Source: Octopus sinensis (Eukaryota). From it: a DNA stretch of 43,767 nt. Position numbers and translations under genes: made by a program. The notes beneath the pieces are model-generated. The model was not told the origin of the DNA and made no database searches. It worked only from the letters and a program-made list of their open reading frames with translations. Shown piece after piece: positions 1 through 10,400 of this stretch. The number at the start of each line of letters is the position of its first letter. The first letter of the stretch is position 1. The stretch is from the NCBI RefSeq assembly GCF_006345805.1, contig NW_021835138.1:1-43767 (forward strand), read 5' to 3'.

Positions 1-42
1 CTACATAGATACATACACACACACACACACATACATGCATAC

Positions 43-816
43 GGCGATCTTTCGTTTGTAGTAGCACGTTTCCATCGATTTCCGTAAAAAACTTTTATTT
101 TTTTACATATGGCCTTGCGGGAACATTTGAAGTAATGAGAGCGAAAGAACTAAGAGGAATCGATTGTATGGACGGAAGTTCTTTGAAGTTCCGTGCATGG
201 GAGCATTGAATTGTACATGTTGTGTGTGTTTGATGGGGTGTGTGAGACAGACAGTATGGTTGTGTAAGTGAAGTGCTTCTGTTAGTGTGTGTGAAGAGAC
301 AGAATAATTGTGTAAAGAAAGAGATAACTGAAGTTTTTTACTCGTGTATGTGTATATGTATTATGCATGTATGTGTGTGTGTGTATGTATCTATGTATGT
401 GTGTGTGTATGTATGTTGAATGTATGGCCGATTCAATGTACACTGAATCGACCATACATACATAGATACATACACACACACACATACATGCATACATACA
501 TATACACATACACCGAGTAAAACTCAGTTATCTCTTTCTTTCACACATTACTCTGTTCTCTTCACACACACTAACAGAAGCACTTCACTTACACAACATA
601 CTGTCTGTCTCCCACACCCCATCAAACACACACACACCACATGTACATCAATGCTCCATGCCGGTAACTTCAAAAGAACTTCCGTCCTCATACAATCGAT
701 TTCTCTTAGTCTCTTTCGCTCCTCATTACTTCAAAAGTTCCCGCAAGCCCATATGGAAAAAAAAAATTTATTTTACGGAAATCGACGGAAAGGTCTACTA
801 GAGACGAAAGATTGCC
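43..816. repeat. Long imperfect palindrome (arms ~380 bp, 8-nt loop at 436-443)
   Basis: GGCGATCTTTCG...CATATG at 43-110 is the reverse complement of CATATG...CGAAAGATTGCC at 750-816. Pairing continues inward to TGTATGGCCGATTCA / TGAATCGACCATACA. Confidence 0.9.
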
Positions 817-1090
817 AAAAAGAGAAGGCGAGAGGAGAGAGAGAGTAAAAAACAGAGAAGGGAAGGGGAGAGAGAGAAAGAGAGTAAAAAAGAGAAGGCG
901 AGAGGAGAGAGAGAGAGTAAAAAAGAGAAGGGAAGGGGGAGACAGAGAGGGAGTAAAAAAGAGAAGGGGAGAGGAAAGAGAGAGTAAAAAGAGAAGGGGG
1001 AGGGTAGAGATAGAGTAAAAAAAGGGAAGGGGAGGGTAGAGATAGAGAGAGAGTAAAAAAGAGAAGGGAAGGGGGGAGAGAGGGAGGGAG
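817..1090 (+). repeat. Polypurine GA-rich minisatellite (~30-39 bp unit AAAAAGAGAAGGG...GAGAGAGT)
   Basis: About 8 degenerate tandem units are visible directly. Confidence 0.85.
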
Positions 1091-1139
1091 ATTGGTTAAG
1101 TAAAGAAAGGTTAGGAGTGAGTGTGAGAGTGTAAGGCAA

Positions 1140-1326
1140 GAAGTCCGTCTGTTTGCCGTGCATTGGTCGACCAGTGTGACACGCGATCTCCAGTCGAACG
1201 ATTCGCTTCCGACCTTCATTCATTGACTTTCGATCACGGGAACTTGTCTAGATCGAACTTCAGATCCTCCTTGCTAACTTTAATTCCATTTCATCACACC
1301 CTCGAGTCCTTCGCCGTCCTATTGTG
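1140..1326 (+). promoter_or_regulatory. Candidate non-coding first exon / promoter-proximal region
   Basis: Locally CpG-richer, repeat-free segment ending at a GTAAGT donor (1327-1332). The start exons have splice acceptors, so an upstream exon is needed. The link to the gene and the 5' boundary are inference. Confidence 0.35.
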
Positions 1327-1661
1327 GTAAGTAATTTTATTTTATTTTTACCGTAATTCTTTGAGTTTTTATTTTCCGTAATTTTATTTAATTCCAATAA
1401 GAAAAAAACCCAAAAAATTCAACTCTTCAGCCAAGTCCACAAGAAGAAGAAGAAGAAGAAGACCTTACCCTGACAACCCCACGATTCTCTGAATCCATAT
1501 CTTCTACGACAATTTTGTAAATCTGAGTGTGTGGCTGAGGATATAGACATTGTGCTATTTCGGACCTCCACCCATGGCGCACACGTAAACGCCCTAACCT
1601 CATTTAGAACATTGCTTTTTTACGGAATCCCACTTCTTCGGCTATGGACATTCCGATTCTG

Positions 1662-1696
<35 letters not shown>

Positions 1697-1925
1697 GGGT
1701 AATAATAAATTATTATTACCAGTGGCCTAGCACCAAAAACTAATTAGTCATTAGACTATATATTATTTACATAGAAATACAATAAGAAGCTTCCAAATAG
1801 GAAGGCAGAGGGCTTTCCTATTTTATATATAATAAGTAATATCCGGGTTATAAAAATTATAGAGATTTTTACTGCCAGTGGCACTAGCGTACGAAAAATT
1901 TAGTCAATAGACTAGATATTATTAT

Positions 1926-2103
1926 AAAATACTGTGTCCATTAAAACACATTAAGAGGCTTCCATCATAGGAATGCCTTGCGCTAGAAAGAACAGTTAAA
2001 GTCCAAGAATTTATCCCTAATTAGTGGCTTGGATTTAAACTGTTCTCTCTAGCGCAAGGCATTCCTATGATGAAAGCCTCTTAATGTGTTTTAATGTACA
2101 CGG

Positions 2104-2109
<6 letters not shown>
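1926..2109. repeat. Hairpin, ~82-bp arms, 20-nt loop, next to a (TA)n tract
   Basis: 1926-2007 is the reverse complement of 2028-2109 with few mismatches. Confidence 0.9.
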
Positions 2110-2141
<32 letters not shown>

Positions 2142-2579
2142 TATTATATATATATATATTATAATTAAGGTGTTTTTTTTTTCGAAATTTACAACCAAAA
2201 GCACAAACAATTAATTGTAGGGTTCAAGGTATTTTAATAGTAAGGAAACCTGACAGTTCATTTGTTCTCCTGCGATGTGGCCAGCCCAGTCTATATTTCT
2301 TGTCCTAAATTGCTCCAATCCTGCCGTTTCCAAAGGGGCGAACTGATTCACGCACTTGCTACCTGGGACTTCCATGACCACGACAATTTATATATATATT
2401 TATATATAGTACAGAGTTGGCCCCAAATCCCCCGACAGCCCACCAAACTCCATAAATACTATCTGTAATTCTGGATTGACTCGAATGGAAAAATGGTGTC
2501 GCTCAAGAAGGACTTAAATTTGAACAATTTTCATAATGTCTCATATTTAGATGCTTTTATTAAATTCATGCACTTGTTA

Positions 2580-2700
2580 AACATTACTTAATTTATCGAC
2601 CCCGAAAGGATGAAAAGCAAAGTCGACCTCGGCGGAATTTGAACTCAGAACGTAGTGGGAGACGAAATACGGCTACGCATTTCGTCCGGCGTGCTAACGC
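2580..2700 (-). mobile_element. tRNA-related SINE fragment (family D)
   Basis: Minus strand reads CGTTAGCACGCCGGACGAAATGCG...GAGTTCAAATTCCGCCGAGGTCGAC...GGGGTCGATAAATTAAGTA, with a B-box-like GAGTTCAAATTCC. Recalled as an abundant octopus SINE. Confidence 0.7.
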
Positions 2701-2715
2701 CCCTTTTATTATTAA

Positions 2716-2760
<45 letters not shown>

Positions 2761-2882
2761 ATATATATGTATATATATTTAGATAATGAGGGAGATTAAT
2801 TTAATAATAATTTAATTAATATCAATTTAAAACCAGTAGCCTAGAATACGAAAATCAGAGAAAATTCTAATACATGTGTATA

Positions 2883-3015
2883 TTCAAAGGGCAAGACCAC
2901 TAGGTAGTCGGCCGTAAGCTAGAAATAGATCACCAACGATCAAACTACAAAGAAAACATTGTAGGTGATCTATTTCTAGCATACGGCCGACTACCTAGTG
3001 GTCTTGCCCTTTGAA
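2883..3015. repeat. Hairpin, 52-bp arms, ~29-nt loop, between (TA)n tracts
   Basis: TTCAAAGGGCAAGACC...GATCACC pairs with GGTGATC...GCCCTTTGAA, one mismatch seen. Confidence 0.9.
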
Positions 3016-3334
3016 AAAAAAAAAAAATATATATATATATATACATGTGTGTGTGTGTATATACAGATATTGAAATTAATATGGATGACGTAATGTGCTC
3101 AGTGTTATGTCGACAGCAGTCGTGGTCTTGACAAAGTGAAAAACGTTTTATGATTCTCATGTTGATTGTTGTCGTGAAGGGTGGGGCAACTTCAAAAATG
3201 GATTTTTAGATTTGAACTACGTATATATATATATACACACACCAGATTAAGCACAAGCACCTTGTGGAAAAAATAGTACTCGAATACCGGAGGTAGAGTA
3301 ATATGCTTTACTATTAATGCTGCAAAAATATCAC

Positions 3335-4960
3335 AAAATCTACCAAGGACTATGTAGTTTGCGAGGACATAGGAATTTGGGGGAAAACAAGAGTTTCACG
3401 TTTCCATTCGTCAACGAAGGGGAACGTGAAACTCTGAGTAACAGTTTTTGTGATAATTTTGCTACTTTTGGATAAAATGCATGTGTGTGTATGTGTATAT
3501 ATATATATATATATATGCATAACTGGGTGGGGGTGGATTTCAGAAAATTCACTGAAGTCCGCTTCAATTCGTCTTAACTTGCAGGAAAATGGATATTTTT
3601 TTATGAAACTCTCTACAAATATACCTCGGACTATGTAGATTCCGAGGACATAGAAATTCTGGGGTAAAACAATTGGGGGGGGGGGGGTTATTTTTGAGAA
3701 CTGTTCCCCACCCGGGGGTGTTTCGGAACAAGTCGTCCATATTGGCTTCATTTTCTCCATTTTGTGCGTTTGTGCATCCGTAGATTTCTACCACGCACAC
3801 GCACACACACACACATGTAATTAAAAAAGTTCAAATGGGAATTATTTCATTGGATCTTTTCGGTTTAAACGGCAGTTTTTTAAAATAATTTCCACGTAAC
3901 TAAACACTTTTAAACTTCGTATACTGGTAGAATGTGTTTATAAAACATCTTTTTCTCTTGGCTTTATTGAGAAAATTCTATAGTTTGTAAGATATTTGTT
4001 ATTTTCTTCAATTTCTGCAATTTCAACCAATCAATGATGTCTATTGAGGTGAAAACACATTCTGTGCCGTATGAATATGTCCCTCGTTTAAGTAACAGTT
4101 TGGGTTTATTTACATTTGCGAAGAAAAAAAAGATACCCTTCCCCCCAACCCTAACCCTAAAGCAGAGTGAAATGCAATAGATCGATACTAGGGTCATAAT
4201 TATGGGTGACAATTTCATATGACACCGCTAGAAAAAACTGCCATTCAAACCGAAAAGATCCATTTCATAGAATATCATATTTATTATAGAGATTATGCTT
4301 TACACTTTTATATTTGACTTAGCGTGTATATTCCTTGTTTTAACTTTTGATGTCTTCTGCCTTTCTATTAGAAACGTTTATCTGGGAATTTACTTACAGT
4401 GGGAAGTCTTACCCATATGTGTGTGTACCAGACCTTTAGCTGTTATTTTTAGCATAACGAGTTTTTCTGTGAAGGCTTCATTTGCCTTCATTGTCTGTTG
4501 CGGCACTGGAAATCTACGGATGCACAAACGCACAAAATGTAGAAAACGAAACAAATATGGTCGACTTGTTCTGAAACTCCCCCGAGTGGGGAATAGTTCT
4601 CAAAAACAATCCCGAATTGTTTTCCCCCAAATTCCTATGTCCTCGCAAACTACATAGTCTTTGGTATATTTGTAAAGAATTTCATTAAATGGCTTACAAA
4701 CGCTTTCCACGCTGCAATTGTTTTCGTTTCAGCACACAATCTCAGATCAAATCACTTGCTATGCAGGTACATCTCCGTAAAAAAAATATCCATTATCCTG
4801 AAAGTTAAGACTAATCGTAGTGGACTCAGGTGAATTTTCCGAAATTCCACCCCCTCCTAAAACACTCCCCCCTCCAAATTTTGTATATTCGGAATCAACA
4901 TGATATAACACATATTCGTAGAAAATTTCATTAAAAAATATTAATTTTTCTGAAAGTTAC
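3335..4960. mobile_element. Foldback-like element with long modular imperfect inverted arms (3335-3790 / 4500-4960)
   Basis: Blocks 3345-3390, 3520-3600 and 3700-3790 recur inverted at 4615-4665, 4775-4860 and 4500-4605. Confidence 0.6.
3852..4261. mobile_element. MITE with ~30-bp TIRs (GGATC...GATCC) and 8-bp TSD, copy 1
   Basis: GGATCTTTTCGGTTTAAACGGCAGTTTTT ... AAAAAACTGCCATTCAAACCGAAAAGATCC. Flanks ATTTCATT/ATTTCATA match 7/8. Internal CCCTAACCCTAA. Confidence 0.8.
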
Positions 4961-5004
4961 GATCATCCAAAATCGGTGGAGGTACAGAACTCTGTAGGTA
5001 TGCC

Positions 5005-5350
5005 CATATATATTATTGTATGGGGAGCTGGAAGATGGCAGGAGACCAGCGCATAAGCCTAAACTAAGGTTTAAGGGTTGCCTTGAAAATCCTCTAATAC
5101 AGACAGGAATTGCAGTTGGTAATTGGGAGAGGGAGGTACAAGACTGTGATGGATGGAGGAAGATAGTGCATGATGGTTGTTTAAGGTTTGAGAGGGAGAG
5201 TGTGAAGTATGAGAGAATTAGGAGGGGTCTTAGAAGTGGGGGGACCTGTGGAAAGTGAGAGAATGTTGCTTTTTATGTGTGTGGTTTATGGGAGGAGGTG
5301 TTTGAGTCATGCAGGCCTGGTGAGCCATCAAAAATCTCACAGAAATCGAC
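5005..5350 (+). mobile_element. RTE/BovB-like LINE 3' end remnant
   Basis: YGELEDGRRPAHKPKLRFKGCL...WRKIVHDG, then a decayed C2H2 finger (CVVYGRRCLSHAGLVSHQKSH). Confidence 0.75.
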
Positions 5351-5431
5351 CCATGATAAACAGTGATGTATGTATACATATATATATGTGTGTGTGTGTA
5401 TATATATATATGTATATATATTTATATATAT

Positions 5432-6035
5432 ATCATCATCGTTTAATGTCTGCGTTCCATGCTGCCATGGGTTGGACGGTTTGACTGGGGAGTGGTGAGC
5501 CAGATGGCTGCACCAGGCTCTTATCTGATCTGGCAGTTTCTACAGCTGGATGCTCTTCCTAATACCAACTACTCCAAGAGTGTAGTGGGTGCTTTTATGT
5601 GCCACCAGCACGAGGGCCAGTCAGGCAGTGCTGTCATCAAATTTGATTTTGATTTCACTTGCCTCAACAGGTCTTCGCAAGCAGAATTTAGTGTCCAATG
5701 AAAGAAAAGTACGCCTAAGTGGGCTGGTTATACCACAGTCATAGGCCACGGGATATGGTCTCACTTGACTTGCCAGGTCTTCTCAAGTACAGCATATTTC
5801 CAAAGGTATCAGTCACTAGTCATTGCTTTGGTGTGGCCTAATGTTCACCACCTCATCCCAGGTCTTCCTGGGTCTACCTCTTCCACAGCTTCCCTCAACC
5901 GCTAGGGTGTGACACTTTTTCACACAGCTATCCTCATCCATTCGCACCACATGACCATACCAGTGCAGTCGTCTCTCTTGCACACCACATCTGATGCTTC
6001 TTAGGTCCAACTTTTCTCTCAAGGTACTTACACTT
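5432..6035 (-). mobile_element. RTE-type LINE 3' fragment with (GAT)n tail
   Basis: LREKLDLRSIRCGVQERRLHWYGHVVRMDEDSCVKK...GRGRPRKTW plus the shared 3' UTR and tail. Confidence 0.88.
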
Positions 6036-6810
6036 GAAACAGTTTGGTTCAGTTTCTGTGCTACATCAAACTTCACAGACCCCTAATGGAGCCTGTCTCC
6101 TTCAGGCTATGATGCTTTCTTATACTGACTAACATCAAGAAATAACCAAAGATACAATATATCTGGAAAATATGGAACCATGGTGATGGTCACAGAATAG
6201 GGAATTATATCAAAATTGATAATTTGGTTGTTTAAAACTGTTTCCATCACCTTTGAGATGTTGGAATTTGTTGTTGATTAGCTCCAGGTAGGTTCTCATC
6301 AAACACAACCTATGATGCCTAGACAGTGAATTGAATAACTAGGTATGATCAATAGACCCATATCTCAAAATGTGCTCTCTGAGGAATGGTCCATTGCTCA
6401 AGATGAACAGAGATTTGATCCACAGATCTATAGCTCCAGACATACATTGTGTCCATCTTGCTGAGGTATGATCCACAAACCCAAGCTCAACATGAACAGT
6501 GTCTCCACCTGGCTGACCAACAGACTGTACATTCCAATATTCAGCGTTTACTTGTCACCAATCAGACTGTAATAAGCAGAGTAATGTAGCTGACCAAGAG
6601 ACTCAACACAATGACTGTTGTTAGGTTTATTAGTGCCAAGAAGGACATCCAGATGTAAATAATACTTTAGATAAATTGAAGTTTCTAATTTTTGTAATAT
6701 TTTATGAGAAATATGTGAAACACAGTCTTCTTAACATTGTTGTTTACCTCATTTTATAAGGTTTTGAAACTTTTGATTTCTTTCTTTTTCTAGCATATTT
6801 CATTTAAAAG

Positions 6811-6894
6811 ATGGAATTTGATGAGAATATAAGTAAACTTTTGCTTAGTGACACTCAATATATTAAAGAATATATTGAACAAAATTCACATAAA
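6811..6894 (+). CDS. Coding exon 1a (start exon): MEFDENISKLLLSDTQYIKEYIEQNSHK
   Basis: Polypyrimidine tract and TAG acceptor at 6791-6793, 17-nt UTR, ATG at 6811, GTAAGT donor at 6895. Phase 0 joins INETNSWG of the next exon. Confidence 0.7.
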
Positions 6895-7409
6895 GTAAGT
6901 TGTTCTGTTTATTAATGCCAGGAAGAACATTCAGATGTAATTAATATTTTAGAGGAACTGAAGTTTCCAATATTTGTAATATTTTATGTGAGATGTTAGA
7001 ACCATCAAACTTCTCTGTATTGTTGTTCACCTCATTTTATAAGGTTTTAAAAATCTGTTTTAATTTCTTTCTTTTTCTAGCATATTTCATTTAAAAGATG
7101 GAAGTTGATAAGAATATAAGTAAAATTTTGCTTGATGACATTCAATATATTCAAGAATATATTCGTAACAATTCACATAAAGTAAGTTGTTGTGTTTATT
7201 CTCAAATTTGCTTGTTTGTTATTTTATTCACAATATTAAACATAGGCGTATGAGTGGCTGTGTGGTAAGTAGCTTGCTTACCAACCACATGGTTCCGGGT
7301 TCAGTCCCACTGCGTGGCATCTTGGGCAAATGTCTTCTGCTATAGCCCCGGGCAGACCAATGCCTTGTGAGTGGATTTGGTAGACAGAAACTGAAAGAAG
7401 CCCGTCGTA

Positions 7410-7448
<39 letters not shown>

Positions 7449-10400
7449 CTGTGTTTGTGTGTCTGTGTTTGTCCCCCTAGCATTGCTTGACAACCGATGC
7501 TGGTGTGTTTATGTCCCCGTCACTTAGCGGTTCAGCAAAAGAGACCGATAGGATAAATACTGGGCTTACAAAGAATAAGTCCCAGGGTCGATTTGCTCGA
7601 CTAAAGGCGGTGCTCCAGCATGGCCACAGTCAAATGACTGAAACAAGTAAAAGAGAGTAACAGAGTATTCCTGACTAGGGTAAAGACCCCCCCCTCCTTT
7701 GGTCATGAATGGGGTTGCACCCAGAAAATTCCCTTCTGAAGCATAGGTCTAGGCAAGGTTGTTTATGGAAGACAAGCAGCCACCCTGCCCCTCCATACCA
7801 TCGATGCTATCCAAGGGAAAGGCAAAGGGGCCGATACAGCTTGGCACCAGTGACTTTGCAACTCATTTCTACCGTTGAATGAACTGGAGCAATGTGAGAT
7901 AAAGTGTCTTGCTCAAGAACACAACATGCAGCCCAGTATGTGTTGTGTTTTTGCCTTCTCAAAGTTAATTGTTTATTATTTTATAAAGGTACTAGCAGTA
8001 TCGCCCGGCGTTGCTCGGGTTTGTAAGGGAAATAACTATATAAGCATTTTTAGAGAGTTACTTCCCTTATAGATTCCAATTCGGGCTTTCTTAGCCATTT
8101 CTGTTTTGGTGTCTTCAAGCCATGAAGTCGTTGTTCTAAAAGAACGCTGGTCTCCATTACGACGTTGATTTCCTTACACTCCCTTCCCCACAGCTTCACG
8201 AGGGAGGGAAGAAGGGGGAGAAGCAAACAGGTGCAGCTGTGACCATGGACGCCAACTCCGCTGCCATCGACACACGAAAAATTATGCATTAAAATGGAAT
8301 AAAAAATGTTAAATTATTTTTAAAATCATAGACTCATTGTAGACGCGCGCTAATACTCAGACGAGCTTGATATGAATCACGATTATAAGATACCCGAATT
8401 TGGTTAAACTGCACCGCAAAATGTGGGAGTAGTTAGGACTCTAAATCGTAGGAGACAGACACTCACACAACTAGAGTTTTATATATATAGATATTAAATA
8501 TTCTTAACTAAACAGGGATTTGCCCATCTCTTTCTTCACCTCCACCCTCTAATCCTCGTTATCATTAGATTTTATAACAATTTAACCAAATCTTGGAGCA
8601 TGTCAGACTGGATGGGAATGTGAGAGAGAAGCCCATCATCACAATACTGCAAGGGAGTATTCTGGCAGGAAATGTTCGTTTCAGGAGATGAGATAGAAAT
8701 GGAGCCAACAGATGGATGGTGACTTTGTTAAGAAGTTCTCTTGCCACAAACTGTTGGAGGTTTTACTGATGTGAAGGCCTACACCATTTCTTATGCAGAA
8801 GTTGTCAAACATAAGGAAATACTAATGTGTCAGATAGGAATCAAATCCTCACTTGATCTGGCTTTATAGAATTGTACTTCTGCTCATTGAATTAAAGGAA
8901 GGTACTGAAAGGGATAAATGTAATGGTAGTTTATGACTTTTTACTTCATAATTGAGGGGTCAAGCCATGAGTTGGTCTAATAAAAAGACTCCAGAATGTC
9001 ATATTTGTTGATGCTACCCCTGGTAGAAAACTAAGCTAGCTGAATTTACGAATTAACCCTTGCTTATTCACATTATTTAGAATTATTTGGGTTCAAGAAG
9101 GGTGTCCACAATATCTGCTTGTAACTTTAATTTTTTACATACAGGAGTGATTGCCATTAGGAAGGGCATCCATCTGTAGAAACTTTGCCAGATCAGATTG
9201 GAGCCTGGTGCAGCCTTCTGGCTTGCAGTCAAACCGTCCAACCCATGCTAGCATAGAAAGCAGATGTTAAATGACAACGATGATGATGAGAAAGAATATG
9301 ATTAATAAGAAATTCTCTCACAAAGTTAAGGTTTGCACTTGGAAGTGCTCAAGAGAAACTTGAGACGAAACATAGAAATATATATTACGTAGAAATGTAA
9401 GACCAGGTAATTTAATCCACAAACATGACTCGTGATTTCAGATGGGTTTAAATAACAAGTGTATACCTGATACATCAAAAATATATAAATACACAGACAG
9501 GTGCGTTGAAAGTGTAGCTGCTAGAATAAGAATAGTCTGGGCAAAGTTTAGAGAGCTCCTACCTCTGTTGGTAACAAAAGGCATCTTGCTCAGAGTAAAA
9601 GATAGACTGTATGACGCATGTGTATGAACAGCCATGCTACATGGGCCGTGACTACTGAGGACATGCGTAAGCTCGCAAGGAATGAAGGCAGTATGCTCTG
9701 ATAGATGTGTAATGTCAGTGTGCGTACTCGACAGAGTGTTAATGCCTTGAGAGAAAAGTTGGACCTAAGAAACATCAGTTGTGGTGTGCAAGAGAGAAGA
9801 CTGCTCTGGTATGAGCATGTGGCGAGAATGGCTGAGGATAGCTGTTTGAAAAAGTGCCACACTCTAGCAGTTGAGGGAAACTGTTGAAGAGGTAGACACA
9901 GGAAGACCTGGGGTGAGATGGTGAAGCACGACCTTCAAACATTAGGCCTCACCGAGGCAATGACTAGTGACCGAGACCTTAGGAAATATGCAGTGTGTAA
10001 GAAGACCCAGCAAGCCAAGTGAGACCATAACCTTGTAGCCTATGCCAGGGGCATAACCAGCCCACTTATGCGTACCTTTCCTTTATTGGACACTAAACTC
10101 TGCTTGTGAAGACCTGTTGAGGCAAGTGAAATTGAAATCAAATCAAATTCGCAAATTCGATGACTGGCACCCATGCCAGTGTAGCGCTAAGAGCACCATC
10201 CGAGCGTGATCACTGCCAGAGCAGCTGGACTGGCTCCTGTGCAGGTGGCACTTAAAAAACATGACTTGAGTATGGCTGTTGCCAGTACCGCCTGACTGGC
10301 CCCCGTGCTGGTAGCTTGTAAAAGCACCCACTACACTCTCGGAGTGGTTGGCGTTAGGAAGGGCATCCAGCTGCAGAAACTCTACCAGATCAGATTGGAG

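Larger units (their letters stand above)
6625..7200 (+). repeat. ~287-bp tandem duplication carrying the start exon
   Basis: 6625-6905 and 6906-7195 align across intron, acceptor, exon and donor. Confidence 0.92.

Noticed and set aside
773-1223. 140-150 aa ORFs (SLSP-rich on minus, ERK-rich on plus)
   Set aside because: Produced by the GA minisatellite; low complexity, no splice support.
4152-4170. CCCTAACCCTAA as an interstitial telomere
   Set aside because: Only two units, and part of the MITE consensus (also near 12140).
1-6790. Search for upstream MIB/HERC2 or ZZ exons of a full mind bomb gene
   Set aside because: No such motif found by eye; the region is repeats. Exons upstream of the window cannot be excluded, but in-frame stops or UTR precede both ATGs when the main acceptors are used.
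7245-7310. tRNA-like sequences (also 12811, 31106, 31430, 41580)
   Set aside because: SINE heads with A/B boxes that continue into SINE bodies; no complete cloverleaf.
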